A stretch of DNA of 64,000 nucleotides from an uncultured Candidatus Saccharibacteria bacterium (GTDB taxonomy: Bacteria > Patescibacteriota > Saccharimonadia > Saccharimonadales > JAGQNJ01), in contig CAYRSA010000001.1 of the NCBI GenBank assembly GCA_964426845.1, forward strand, positions 43,237 to 107,236. Direction: 5' to 3'. A program made the translations under genes and the position numbers. Below the pieces are notes generated by a model. It ran no database searches. It saw only the letters and a list, made by a program, of their open reading frames with translations, and was not told the DNA's origin. Shown piece by piece: positions 20,477 to 29,594 of the stretch. Every line of letters starts with the position of its first letter. Positions within the stretch are counted from its first letter, which is position 1.

Positions 20477-20995
20477 ATGAATAGGCCAGTTCTGTTCCTG
20501 ATGGTGGGCTATCCTGGTTCTGGCAAAACCACTGTGGCGCAGCTTATCCATGAAGTTACTGGCGCCAAACACCTGTGGGCCGATCAAGAGCGCCAGAAGC
20601 GCTTCGAACATCCAGTTCATAAGCCTCAACAAAGTCGCAAGTTGTATAGCCAACTAAACCAAGAAGTTAGTGACATGCTCAAGGACGGGCACAGCGTCGT
20701 ATACGACACCAATTTTAACTTCCGGCGGGACCGCGGTCGAATGCGTACGCTAGCCCAGGAGGCCCAAGCTGACTGCAAATTGATTTGGGTCCAGGTGCCT
20801 CGGGATTTGGCTAAAACTAGGGCAGTTGAGCAATCAGCTGGCAAGCCAACTCGTCTATGGGGCAACATGGCAGAAGCCGACTTCAGCCGGATGGCGGACA
20901 ACTTAGAAGAGCCGGGGGCTGACGAACAACCAATCATTATCTACGGTGTGAATGTCGACAAAACGCGGGTCATGACAGCGCTAAGTTCAAGTTAA
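20477..20995 (+). CDS. P-loop kinase-like ATPase (AAA_33/zeta-toxin-like fold)
   Basis: 172 aa; GYPGSGKTT Walker A at the N-terminus. Confidence 0.6.
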   Translation: MNRPVLFLMVGYPGSGKTTVAQLIHEVTGAKHLWADQERQKRFEHPVHKPQQSRKLYSQLNQEVSDMLKDGHSVVYDTNFNFRRDRGRMRTLAQEAQADCKLIWVQVPRDLAKTRAVEQSAGKPTRLWGNMAEADFSRMADNLEEPGADEQPIIIYGVNVDKTRVMTALSSS

Positions 20996-21023
20996 GTTCA
21001 TTTTTAAGTGTTATAACTAAGTC

Positions 21024-21599
21024 ATGACCAAGCGCCAGAAAAAGCGGCTAGCTCAAGCTATTATCGCCCTTATCATTTTTCTGGCCGGCCTGGCTAGTGC
21101 GGCTCTGCAGGGCAATCCGTCGTCAGTGCCGGTGGCTGTGCAAGCAGGATTCTACCCCGTAACCCAGTTCGATGACGGCGACACGGTCGTCGTTAACATG
21201 GCCGGGGTAGAGGAGAAAGTCCGCTTTATTGGCGTGGACACGCCCGAGACCAAAGATCCCCGCAAGCCGGTTCAATGTTTTGGTCAGGCGGCCAGCTCTT
21301 TTACTAAAAACTTGATCGGTGATCGGCCGGTCAAGCTGGAGTCCGATCCGACCAACACTAACCGAGACCGCTATGGCCGATTGCTGAGATACGTCTACTT
21401 GCCGGACGGTACTTTCGTAAATCTGGAGATTATCAAACAGGGTTACGGCTTTGCCTACGTGGGTTTTCCAGTTCAAAAGTTGGAGGAGTTCAAATCGGCT
21501 CAGGCCGAAGCTAGAGCAGCTAACCGTGGTCTGTGGTCAGGCTGTAAGCCTACAGAAGACCAGTACGGCGGCTTTACCAGCAACGACGAAGGTAGCTAA
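21024..21599 (+). CDS. secreted thermonuclease (SNase family)
   Basis: 191 aa; N-terminal TM/signal; RFIGVDTPE and DRYGRLLRYVY motifs. Confidence 0.85.
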   Translation: MTKRQKKRLAQAIIALIIFLAGLASAALQGNPSSVPVAVQAGFYPVTQFDDGDTVVVNMAGVEEKVRFIGVDTPETKDPRKPVQCFGQAASSFTKNLIGDRPVKLESDPTNTNRDRYGRLLRYVYLPDGTFVNLEIIKQGYGFAYVGFPVQKLEEFKSAQAEARAANRGLWSGCKPTEDQYGGFTSNDEGS

Positions 21600-22462
21600 C
21601 GAATTTCTTTTAGCTTGTCGCTATCGACGTGGTGCATAGTCTTAAAGACTGGCCAACTTATCAAAGCATAGACGGTAAATAGCACAGCCGGTAAGAAGCC
21701 TATTAAACCCTGGATAATCCGCCGAGGCAGGCTTAATTGCAAATCTTTGTGCTGACTGAGAGTGCCTTTGCGGTCGTGGTAGGCTTTCATGCGGAAAGTC
21801 TTTTTCAGGTAGTCCCAATATTTTGGCCAGTACAGAAAGCTACCACCGTGGGTACGAATGATTAGCTGATTATCCTGAACAACTCGGTGACCATGGCCAA
21901 TCAGCTGGTAGGCGACGTCCTGATCTTCATGAACTAACAGACCGTTGGGTGCCATATCGTCCTTAATATCCTGCCAAGCTGTTCGTCGGACAGCCATGTT
22001 AGCTCCCCAGGTGGAGACGATGCCGTGTAGCGCTCGAATATTAATGAAGTAAGCTCGGGACCAAAGAGTGGAATGCCAATTTATGCCCATAATGACTCGG
22101 GTACTGCCTAGCCCGGTCAAGCCACCAACTGCCGGATCTTGGAAATCGGCTTGGACCCGCTTGACCCAATCCGTCATGATGACACTGTCGGCGTCGATAC
22201 GGCCCAAGATATCGCCTTTGGCCGAATTAAAGCCCCGAGCCCTCGAGACTGTCCGACCCTGGATAGGCTCTTTAACCACTCTGACAAACGGGTATTGGCG
22301 AGCAATAGCAATAGTGCCGTCAGTGCAGTTGTTATCGACAACGATAACTTCCAACGGCTTAACTGATTGTTTCTTGATAGCCTCCAGACACTGGAGAATA
22401 TGGTTCTCTTCATTAAAAACTGGTATGATTATAGAGACAGAAAGTGCTTGTGCTTTGTTCAT
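21596..22462 (-). CDS. family 2 glycosyltransferase
   Basis: 288 aa; SIIIPVFNEE, VVDNNCTDGT, RIDAD (DxD-like) motifs. Confidence 0.85.
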   Translation of the reverse strand: MNKAQALSVSIIIPVFNEENHILQCLEAIKKQSVKPLEVIVVDNNCTDGTIAIARQYPFVRVVKEPIQGRTVSRARGFNSAKGDILGRIDADSVIMTDWVKRVQADFQDPAVGGLTGLGSTRVIMGINWHSTLWSRAYFINIRALHGIVSTWGANMAVRRTAWQDIKDDMAPNGLLVHEDQDVAYQLIGHGHRVVQDNQLIIRTHGGSFLYWPKYWDYLKKTFRMKAYHDRKGTLSQHKDLQLSLPRRIIQGLIGFLPAVLFTVYALISWPVFKTMHHVDSDKLKEIR

Positions 22463-22491
22463 AAGTATATAGAAATACTAGCAGAAATAGC

Positions 22492-23727
22492 TTGCCCATG
22501 CCCCATAAACGACCTCGCAAAAAAACCAAATCGACCAAGATCCACCACCGAGCCATCCGACGGGTGACCTTGATGGGCTCGACTATCAAGCAAATGAGCA
22601 CGCCTCACGCCTTGAGGGCCAAGCACTGGTACGAACGCCGTAGTTTCTGGCACAAAGTCGGCATAATCCTAGCCACCGTAGTTATTCTATTTGTAGGCTC
22701 AATGTATGCGGTGGCTCGCTGGTACATGGCCAAGCACGCCGACGAACCACTGACTATTGGCACCACCTTTATTGCTCCTTACGCTGAGTACTACGGGCTA
22801 GACGCCAAGGACACCATGCAAGCCATTATTGATGACCTGGGCATTCGCCGCTTTCGCCTGGTTAGTTATTGGGATAGGATAGAGCCGGTCAACGGCCAGT
22901 ACGACTGGGAGGAACTAGATTGGCAATTCGATAAGATCGAGCAAGCGGGCGGCACGGTCAGCCTGGCCATTGGTCTGCGCCAGCCACGCTGGCCAGAGTG
23001 CCACTGGCCGCAGTGGGCTAAGGACGAACCCCAAACCGTCTGGCAGCCGCAGTTATACGAGTTTATGACTCAAGTTATCGAGCGTTATAAAGATCGGCCT
23101 AGCTTAGTCAGTTACCAGCTGGAAAATGAGTACTTTTTAGACGTTTTTGGTGATTGCCCAGACCACTCCCGCGAACGCTTGGTCGAAGAGTACAATTTAG
23201 TCAAAGGTCTGGACCCCAACACTCCAGTCATCGTAACCCGTAGCAATAATGCATTACCCAGCTGGCCAGTCGGCGAACCCCGAGCCGATATGATTGGAGC
23301 CTCGATTTATAAACGAGTCTGGGACGGCACAGTCACCAAGAGATACTTCGAGTATCCTTTGCCACCGTGGTTCTATGCTTTACTCGCCGGCGGGGCCGAG
23401 TTAACCACTGGTCGCAACACCTTCATCCACGAGATGCAGACCGAGCCCTGGGCGCCGATCGGCATGACGAATGCTACTATCGAGGAGCAGGACAAGTCGC
23501 TGTCGGCCGAAGATTTGCCCGAGCGCATCCAGTACGGTGTAGACACCGGCATGCGCACCATTGATTTATGGGGTGTGGAGTGGTGGTACTGGCGCAAGAT
23601 GAAACTCAACGACCCTAGTGTATGGGAAGCCGGCAAGCAAAAGATTAAACAATTAACCGAATCCGAAAAGCAGTGCAGTAATTATTACGCGGCACCGACT
23701 GATTCGCGCTCTAAGAGCCCTTGCTAA
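22492..23727 (+). CDS. membrane-anchored glycoside hydrolase (TIM-barrel, GH5/GH42-like)
   Basis: 411 aa; basic N-terminus plus TM; YQLENEY catalytic-type motif; true start uncertain (alternatives 22573, 22594). Confidence 0.6.
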   Translation: MPMPHKRPRKKTKSTKIHHRAIRRVTLMGSTIKQMSTPHALRAKHWYERRSFWHKVGIILATVVILFVGSMYAVARWYMAKHADEPLTIGTTFIAPYAEYYGLDAKDTMQAIIDDLGIRRFRLVSYWDRIEPVNGQYDWEELDWQFDKIEQAGGTVSLAIGLRQPRWPECHWPQWAKDEPQTVWQPQLYEFMTQVIERYKDRPSLVSYQLENEYFLDVFGDCPDHSRERLVEEYNLVKGLDPNTPVIVTRSNNALPSWPVGEPRADMIGASIYKRVWDGTVTKRYFEYPLPPWFYALLAGGAELTTGRNTFIHEMQTEPWAPIGMTNATIEEQDKSLSAEDLPERIQYGVDTGMRTIDLWGVEWWYWRKMKLNDPSVWEAGKQKIKQLTESEKQCSNYYAAPTDSRSKSPC

Positions 23728-23808
23728 CATCTGACTTGACCTTTTATAACATATTTGCAGCTTTTGTCTATGTACTTTATGGGGTGACTGGGTTATACTT
23801 ATGGCTAT

Positions 23809-24261
23809 ATGAAAAAGAAGAAGCATACGCCCGGCCGAATCCTAAATCGCCGCGCCAAGTTCGATTATCAGCTTGGTGATAGCTTTTTGGTGGGCATAAT
23901 TCTGACTGGTCGCGAGACCAAGTCTTTGCGCCAGGGACATGCTCATCTACGCGGAGCTTACGTGACTGTTAAGGATAATGAACTGTGGCTAACCAACGCT
24001 ACTATTGCCAGCGGTCGTACTTTTGTCATTCCGGAGGAAGAGCAAACCCGCCCCCGTAAACTACTAGCTCACCGCAAAGAAATTGACACCATGATCGCTG
24101 CCCGCCAGCAGGGCAACACCCTTGTGCCAACAGAGTTTTTGACGGGTTCTAGGCATATCAAACTTCGAGTCTCCATCGGCCGCGGTAAAAAGCGCTATGA
24201 TAAGCGCCAAACTATCAAAGAGCGTGACCAGGCTAGGGAAAGCGCCCGGTTGGTACGTTAG
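23809..24261 (+). CDS. smpB: SsrA-binding protein
   Basis: 150 aa; NRRAKFDY...LLAHRKEI...GRGKKRYDKRQ typical SmpB. Confidence 0.93.
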   Translation: MKKKKHTPGRILNRRAKFDYQLGDSFLVGIILTGRETKSLRQGHAHLRGAYVTVKDNELWLTNATIASGRTFVIPEEEQTRPRKLLAHRKEIDTMIAARQQGNTLVPTEFLTGSRHIKLRVSIGRGKKRYDKRQTIKERDQARESARLVR

Positions 24262-24336
24262 CGTTGCTGTAAATAGTACTTGCAAACTTAGCATAAAATT
24301 CATGATTATTTAAGAATCAACGATTATACTTGAGGA

Positions 24337-24690
24337 ATGACCAAAAACTTTGAAGACACTATACTCTCACTACTGCGTGGCATGGACCAGCGTATGGACG
24401 GAATGGCAGGAGATATAGCCGAATTGAAGACTGGCTACAACCACCTCGACAAAAAAATAGACTTGGTAATCGATATTTTGGCCGAACACACCGCAAAGCT
24501 AAAAGAGCACGACGAGCGTTTTTCTCAGATAGACGAGCGTTTTTCTCAGATAGACAAACGATTCGATGAGCACGACAGAATGTTCCGGCAAATTATTGAT
24601 GGTGTCATACCAGAGATGGAGACACGTACTAAACATAGTATGAAGCTCAAAAACCACGAGCGACGCATCACTGCACTCGAGTCAGCCTAA
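24337..24690 (+). CDS. coiled-coil protein with heptad DERFSQI repeats
   Basis: 117 aa; contains a 21-bp tandem duplication (24511-24552); TATACT 6 nt before ATG. Confidence 0.55.
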   Translation: MTKNFEDTILSLLRGMDQRMDGMAGDIAELKTGYNHLDKKIDLVIDILAEHTAKLKEHDERFSQIDERFSQIDKRFDEHDRMFRQIIDGVIPEMETRTKHSMKLKNHERRITALESA

Positions 24691-24739
24691 ACTCTTCGTT
24701 GCCAACAACAGGGGAGTCCGCTATAATTTCAAAGCATAT

Positions 24740-24814
24740 TCCCGGGTAGCTCAATGGTGGAGCAAGAAGCTGTTAACTTCGAGGTTGCCGGTTCGAGTCC
24801 GGCCCCGGGAGCCA
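24740..24814 (+). tRNA. tRNA-Asn (anticodon GTT), CCA encoded
   Basis: 75 nt; acceptor TCCCGGG/CCCGGGA, D arm GCTC/GAGC, anticodon loop CTGTTAA, T arm GCCGG-TTCGAGT-CCGGC; TATAAT promoter box at 24722. Confidence 0.92.
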
Positions 24815-24860
24815 AGCATAAGCATTTTCTTTACATTTCTTAATGCGATATAATTAGCGT

Positions 24861-25271
24861 ATGGCTGAACGAATTATCGGGATAGGTGAAACGAGTTCTT
24901 TTCGCTACTTTGCAATTCAGCCGCCCCTCGAAGATGTCGAAGCTAAAGCTCTTATTGACACACTGCAGCTTCCGTTCAGGGCTTACTGGCCGATGAACTT
25001 TACGCAAGAGCGAAGGGCTGACAGCCCGGACCATACCGAATTTGGAATTGACGTTGGAGCCGCTATAGATTGGATTGGGCTAGAAGAAGTCGATGGTGGA
25101 GCCGTTGAGATAGCTCAACAAATAGCATCTATCCTCGCCCAGCAAGGAGACGATGTTGTTGTTCTTGAAGATATTGTATCTACGAGCTGGGAAGCTCCCA
25201 TTTTTGGGCAAGATGCTGACCACCAAAGGGAGCTTGCGGAATACTTTAGGTCGCATCCAGAGCAAGAATAG
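24861..25271 (+). CDS. cassette 1: hypothetical acidic protein (136 aa)
   Basis: TATAAT (24849-24854) 6 nt before ATG; no domain recognised. Confidence 0.6.
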   Translation: MAERIIGIGETSSFRYFAIQPPLEDVEAKALIDTLQLPFRAYWPMNFTQERRADSPDHTEFGIDVGAAIDWIGLEEVDGGAVEIAQQIASILAQQGDDVVVLEDIVSTSWEAPIFGQDADHQRELAEYFRSHPEQE

Positions 25272-25349
25272 TCCGAGCATCCATCACCACCGAGAGCCAA
25301 GCATAATCGGAATGAGGCCTGAGAGGGTCTCTTTTGTTATGATTAGTGT
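25272..25349 (+). repeat. junction J1 (short form)
   Basis: left arm TCCGAGCATCCATCACCACCGAGA; core GAGAGCCAAGCATAATC 25292-25308; hairpin GAGGCC-TGAGAG-GGTCTC plus TTTTG; TATGAT 25338-25343. Confidence 0.8.
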
Positions 25350-26222
25350 ATGCGAGACTATGTAGCTGAAGTTAAGGCAGCCTTTCCTGAGCTAAAGATT
25401 AAGAAAACAAAGCTCTATGAAAATGGCTGGGATTGTGTAGTCGTAGAAGTGAATAACAGTCTCATGTTCCGCGTGCCAAGAAAAAAACGAGACATGACCA
25501 ACGACTGGAAACTCTTGGACTTCCTATCGAAGAAGGCCCTATCCGTACCCGGTGGCAATGTTATCTCGGCGGACGGTGTCATTACTGGTTATGAGAAGCT
25601 CCCAGGGGAAGAACTAAGGCCAAAAGTCCTCGAGAACCTAGACCCAGCTTTGAAAGGTGATGCCCTAAATCAGATAGCTGATTTCCTGACAGAACTGCAC
25701 GGTCTGGATATCAAAGAAGTTGAGGCTCTCGGCTACCAGCCAAAGGCTCCAGATTATTTGTTCGACAAGGTGCGGGGATGGGTTGATAAGTACCTGCCGC
25801 AACGCTTAAGTGGGCCAGAAATGGAACGGGTTGAGAAGTTTATGCATGAATGGGAAGAAAACATCGGTGGCTACACAGCTTGTTTAGTTCATTGCGACTT
25901 TTCATCAGACCATATCTTGTACAACAAGGAAGACAGCAACATACGATTAGGCTTTATTGACTTCTCGGACAGCATCATCCACGACCCAGCCTGGGACTTC
26001 GCCAAGCTATTCGACTACGGTGAGAAAGCATTCAAGCACATACTTGGCAGGTACAAAACAGCAAACAACAAGCACGGGATTGACAAACGAGCAAGAATCT
26101 ACAGAGAACGAACCTATGTATGGCACTTAGTTGACCCCTTCTTAGACCTGCCGTACTTACCCTTTGACTTTGAAACGGCATTGAAAGATTTCAGAGCTAA
26201 CATGATGTCAGAGAAAGATTAG
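25350..26222 (+). CDS. cassette 2: aminoglycoside/small-molecule phosphotransferase (APH family kinase)
   Basis: 290 aa; catalytic HCDFSSDHILY and IDFSD motifs of the APH/choline-kinase fold. Confidence 0.8.
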   Translation: MRDYVAEVKAAFPELKIKKTKLYENGWDCVVVEVNNSLMFRVPRKKRDMTNDWKLLDFLSKKALSVPGGNVISADGVITGYEKLPGEELRPKVLENLDPALKGDALNQIADFLTELHGLDIKEVEALGYQPKAPDYLFDKVRGWVDKYLPQRLSGPEMERVEKFMHEWEENIGGYTACLVHCDFSSDHILYNKEDSNIRLGFIDFSDSIIHDPAWDFAKLFDYGEKAFKHILGRYKTANNKHGIDKRARIYRERTYVWHLVDPFLDLPYLPFDFETALKDFRANMMSEKD

Positions 26223-26314
26223 TTCTAACGTCCGTCACTACCGAGACCCAAGCATAAGCGGGATGAGAAAGAGGCAGGAATACATCTTTTGATATCTTGG
26301 GATATACTGTAAAT
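26223..26314 (+). repeat. junction J2 (short form, unique right arm)
   Basis: left arm AGTTCTAACGTCCGTCACTACCGAGA; core GAGACCCAAGCATAAGC 26243-26259; TATACT 26303-26308. Confidence 0.75.
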
Positions 26315-26812
26315 GTGATTAAAATTGAATTTGTTCCTGAATCTGAAAGTTTTACTCCAGCAGCTAGTGAATATGCTGATATATGGAACGCTGATGGTTC
26401 TCGAGTGGTAGAAGCAATACAAACCGTGACTGGCTTACCCCTGGAAGAAGAAGTCCAAGCAGTGGTCTTTGAGGGGATAAGCCGCTCACACCCTCTTAAG
26501 TTCAGAGCTAGTTATGATAGAGAAACTAAAGCAGCTACTATTGTGCACGAGTTGTTGCACAGGGTTTGTGTTGCTAATCATCTTAAATTACCAGTGGATG
26601 ACGAAGACCGAGGCATAGCTGCTCACAAACAGATTGACCTGGCACTCTATGACATTTGGCGCAGTCTATATGGTCAAGAGTTTGCAGATAGACAGGTAGC
26701 AATTGAGTCTGAGAGAGCAAACGGTAAATACCGTGAAGCTTGGGGTTGGGCACTATCAATGTCAGAGCAAGAACGACAAGCTAAATTTGCTTCATTAATT
26801 CCCAAAGAATAG
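26315..26812 (+). CDS. cassette 3: hypothetical protein with HExxH-like motif (VHELLH)
   Basis: ORF track starts at TTG 26297; GTG 26315 lies exactly 6 nt after TATACT, as in the other cassettes. Confidence 0.55.
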   Translation: MIKIEFVPESESFTPAASEYADIWNADGSRVVEAIQTVTGLPLEEEVQAVVFEGISRSHPLKFRASYDRETKAATIVHELLHRVCVANHLKLPVDDEDRGIAAHKQIDLALYDIWRSLYGQEFADRQVAIESERANGKYREAWGWALSMSEQERQAKFASLIPKE

Positions 26813-26955
26813 TTCTATCTTCCATTGTTTTGGACAGAACCATAATCTGACCATAGTACTTGGTACGAAGTACGTCAGCTATAGGGAGCCAAGCATAAGC
26901 ACTTTGAAGGTGTTAAAACCTAGACATATATCACGTTTTGTGGTATTTTTAGTTT
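26813..26955 (+). repeat. junction J3 (long form)
   Basis: left arm AGTTCTATCTTCCATTG; insert CCATAATCTGACCATAGTACTTGGTACGAAGTACGTCAGCTA from 26840; exact core 26884-26900; right arm CCTAGACA..TTTTGTGGTATTTT; TATTTT 26944-26949. Confidence 0.85.
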
Positions 26956-27459
26956 GTGTCAGTTCGTGTTACTACTGAAGAAGCCCGAGAGTATGTAGCC
27001 TCCAAATTACATGGCCTCGAAACTCCTCGAATGATGAGGTTTCCGACAATGGGCAATCATCTTGCATCTGCAATCATTTGGGCTGCCTGTGGTGAGGAAG
27101 GACAAAGACACGATATTGGGTTTTATTACACTTCCTTCAGGATTATTAGCCCAAGACCGTTCGAACAAAACTTGCAAAGAAGTCAACTTTGGCTAGACGC
27201 CCTGGAGAACTTTGAAGAATATGAATGGGGAGCGCGTGAGAGGCTTAGAAATGGTGAAAGTGACAATATTTTAGACGGTCTCGATTGGGAGACGGCTGCT
27301 CAGTGGAAGTTTGATGATTGGCCAGTCGATATTTTCGCGGTTAACTCGCTTGGAGAGGCAGCAAAAGTTTCACACATGGGCGGATTTGTAGACTTAGATG
27401 ATACAAGCTGGCCTATCGTTCAGTCTTCAATTCACTATGGGATAGCAGAGCAGTTCTAA
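26956..27459 (+). CDS. cassette 4: hypothetical protein (167 aa)
   Basis: GTG start 6 nt after TATTTT; no domain recognised; its TAA stop is the second stop of the AGTTCTAA motif. Confidence 0.55.
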   Translation: MSVRVTTEEAREYVASKLHGLETPRMMRFPTMGNHLASAIIWAACGEEGQRHDIGFYYTSFRIISPRPFEQNLQRSQLWLDALENFEEYEWGARERLRNGESDNILDGLDWETAAQWKFDDWPVDIFAVNSLGEAAKVSHMGGFVDLDDTSWPIVQSSIHYGIAEQF

Positions 27460-27576
27460 TTTCTTTCAGCTCTGCCATTGCCATAATCTGACCATAGTAC
27501 TTGGTACGAAGTACGTCAGCTAGAGGGGCCAAGCATAAGCACTTTGAAAGAGGTGCTTTTTTGTTAGTATTAGAGC
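27460..27576 (+). repeat. junction J4 (long form)
   Basis: insert from 27481; core with 1-nt deletion GGGGCCAAGCATAAGC 27525-27540; hairpin AGCAC-TTTGAAAGAG-GTGCT plus TTTTTTG; TAGTAT 27565-27570. Confidence 0.85.
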
Positions 27577-28224
27577 ATGAAAGTTGCGATTACAGGAGCG
27601 AACGGAAAAGTTGCACAGGCATTGATTGGCCAGCTTGACCCTGAACGATTTGAAATTACTAAACTAGACATCCCAGACCACGACTCAGCTAATCTGGATG
27701 CCTTAATTGCTGATACCAAGGGTCATGACGCACTTATTCATCTGGCCTGGAAAGACCTAGACGTAGGCTCTGTTGACCCAATCAATGGGGTTATGTACGA
27801 GAACGCCTACAGAGCGGCTGTGGCAAACGGAATTAGTCTTGTTATGATGGGTAGCTCCAACCATGCTAGAAGCCACGAGCAGCGTGAAGCTGATGGTCGG
27901 ATACGATACACAGGCCAAGCCGAATTAGCTAATAACCTCTATGGGGTGGAGAAGCAGAAGATGGAGGCAATGGGGAGGCTGTTTGCTGCAACAGAAGGGT
28001 TGTCAGTGCTCTGTGTGCGTATCGGCAATATTAATCCAGAAGATGAACCACGCCCCGACGTGCCGACCAGGTGGATGAGTCACAGAGACTGGGGAAACTT
28101 TGCAAGTCTTGCTTTAGAGTACGCTTTTCCTGAAGGGCATTTCGAGATAGCTTATGGCGTAAGCGACCAACCTATCTTCGACTGGACTAATTCATTTGGT
28201 TACGAGCCACAAGACAAAGCTTAG
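27577..28224 (+). CDS. cassette 5: NAD(P)-binding Rossmann protein (epimerase/dehydratase-like, short)
   Basis: 215 aa; MKVAITGANGKVAQAL glycine-rich dinucleotide motif. Confidence 0.65.
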   Translation: MKVAITGANGKVAQALIGQLDPERFEITKLDIPDHDSANLDALIADTKGHDALIHLAWKDLDVGSVDPINGVMYENAYRAAVANGISLVMMGSSNHARSHEQREADGRIRYTGQAELANNLYGVEKQKMEAMGRLFAATEGLSVLCVRIGNINPEDEPRPDVPTRWMSHRDWGNFASLALEYAFPEGHFEIAYGVSDQPIFDWTNSFGYEPQDKA

Positions 28225-28353
28225 CTCTAACTTCCATCACACCCGACATCGCCATAATCTGTCCGTAATACTTAGTACGAAGTACGTCAGCTAGAGGAAG
28301 CCAAGCATAAGCGGAATGAGACCTGAGAGGGTCTCTTTTGTTATGATTAAGAA
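28225..28353 (+). repeat. junction J5 (long form)
   Basis: left arm AGCTCTAACTTCCATCACACCCGACA; insert from 28251; core GGAAGCCAAGCATAAGC 28296-28312; hairpin GAGACC-TGAGAG-GGTCTC plus TTTTG; TATGAT 6 nt before ATG. Confidence 0.85.
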
Positions 28354-28839
28354 ATGGGTGTTAAGAACTATCTGATTGAAGGTGTCTCAGGAACAGGCAA
28401 AAGCTCGGTTTGCCAGGAACTTAGGCGTCGTGGCTACGATGTGGTGGATGGCGATAAAGAGCTGGCTTATCAAGGTGACCCTGAAACAGGCGAAAAGACA
28501 GAAGGGCATACTCACCAACACCACATCTGGAATGAAGCTAAAGTCCGTAAAATTGCTTCAGACCACACAAAGTCAGTTACTTACTTTTGTGGTGGTTCAA
28601 GAAACTTCAGCAGGTTCTTAGACGTGTTCGACAGGATATACATCCTGGATGTTGACGAAGCAACCCTAAACGACCGACTAGACAGTAGGGATGGATGGGG
28701 TAAAGAAAAATCTGAACGTGAATTAGTATTAAGGCTTCATGAGAGCAAGGAAGACTTGCCACAAGACGGTATAGAGATAGATGCCACGGAGCCACTGTCA
28801 AAAGTGGTGGATAAAATCATTAGCTCATCAGAAGCCTAG
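28354..28839 (+). CDS. cassette 6: P-loop kinase-like protein
   Basis: 161 aa; GVSGTGKSS Walker A at the N-terminus. Confidence 0.6.
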   Translation: MGVKNYLIEGVSGTGKSSVCQELRRRGYDVVDGDKELAYQGDPETGEKTEGHTHQHHIWNEAKVRKIASDHTKSVTYFCGGSRNFSRFLDVFDRIYILDVDEATLNDRLDSRDGWGKEKSERELVLRLHESKEDLPQDGIEIDATEPLSKVVDKIISSSEA

Positions 28840-28907
28840 TTATAACATCCCCCACTACTAAGAGCCACAACCTAGACAAATTTCACTTTTTGTGGTATTT
28901 TAGTGAT
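28840..28907 (+). repeat. junction J6 (degenerate short form)
   Basis: left arm AGTTATAACATCCCCCACTACTAAGA; only GAGCCA of the core retained, then CCTAGACAAATTTCACTTTTTGTGGTATTTT (same right arm as J3); TATTTT 28896-28901. Confidence 0.7.
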
Positions 28908-29453
28908 ATGAATGTCCGTAGAGAAACCGACCCGCAATCACCAACGTCTCCCATACTTGCTAGGTGGTTGGCATATGATGATGAATATTGCGAGCACGAT
29001 ATTACGCTAGAAACTGCTGGCGGCCGACATGGCATAGGCATTTGGAAAGAAGAAGGTGAGATAGTTGTAGCTACCGGAAACCTTTGGGTTGATGAAAAAA
29101 TGCGTCAAACTGGCGTCGGTACTAGGCTACTTAAAGCCGGTCTTGTATTGGCCAAGAGCCACGGAGCCACAATATCAAGCTCTGATGTCTACTCGCCCCA
29201 TGCATTAAAAATTAGGCAAAATATATTTGGTGAAAACAATCTTAGATTTTGGGACGCATCCAACTTCAATATAGGTGAGCTACCTATTTCAGTAAGTCAA
29301 GCAATTATGTCTCTTGAGCGGGCTGCCCAGAGTGCCGAAGAGTATAGAACAAGCGAAGAGGGATTTATCGTTAGGTCTGTACTTGCCGATGTAGATATGT
29401 GCGACTGGGAGCAACCTATAGAAGTGAACGCTCCTGACCTGCCAACGGACTAA
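28908..29453 (+). CDS. cassette 7: GNAT-like N-acetyltransferase
   Basis: ORF track starts at TTG 28890; ATG 28908 is 6 nt after TATTTT; acetyl-CoA loop-like MRQTGVGTRLLKAGLVLAKSHGA. Confidence 0.55.
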   Translation: MNVRRETDPQSPTSPILARWLAYDDEYCEHDITLETAGGRHGIGIWKEEGEIVVATGNLWVDEKMRQTGVGTRLLKAGLVLAKSHGATISSSDVYSPHALKIRQNIFGENNLRFWDASNFNIGELPISVSQAIMSLERAAQSAEEYRTSEEGFIVRSVLADVDMCDWEQPIEVNAPDLPTD

Positions 29454-29594
29454 TACTCTTTTTCCATCACTTCCGAGAGCGCCATAATTTGACCGTAGTA
29501 CTTGGTACGAAGCAAGTCAGCTAGAGGGAGCCAAGCATAAGCGATATGAGACCTGAGAAGGTCTCTTTTGTTGTTTGTGGGGTATACTATCTGT
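29454..29594 (+). repeat. junction J7 (long form)
   Basis: left arm TACTCTTTTTCCATCACTTCCGAGA; insert from 29481; exact core 29526-29542; hairpin GAGACC-TGAGAA-GGTCTC plus TTTTG; TATACT 29583-29588. Confidence 0.85.

Noticed and set aside
23728-24336. Looked for tmRNA (ssrA) next to smpB
   Set aside because: The intergenic spaces are too short (about 80 nt each), and no tRNA-Ala-like acceptor/T-arm with a tag reading frame is visible.
26848-26879. Imperfect hairpin in the long repeat as a conserved structured RNA or recombination hairpin
   Set aside because: Substitutions among the copies break base pairs without compensation (G>A at the stem base in three copies, AAGTAC>AAGCAA in J7). They track codon third positions of the opposite strand instead.
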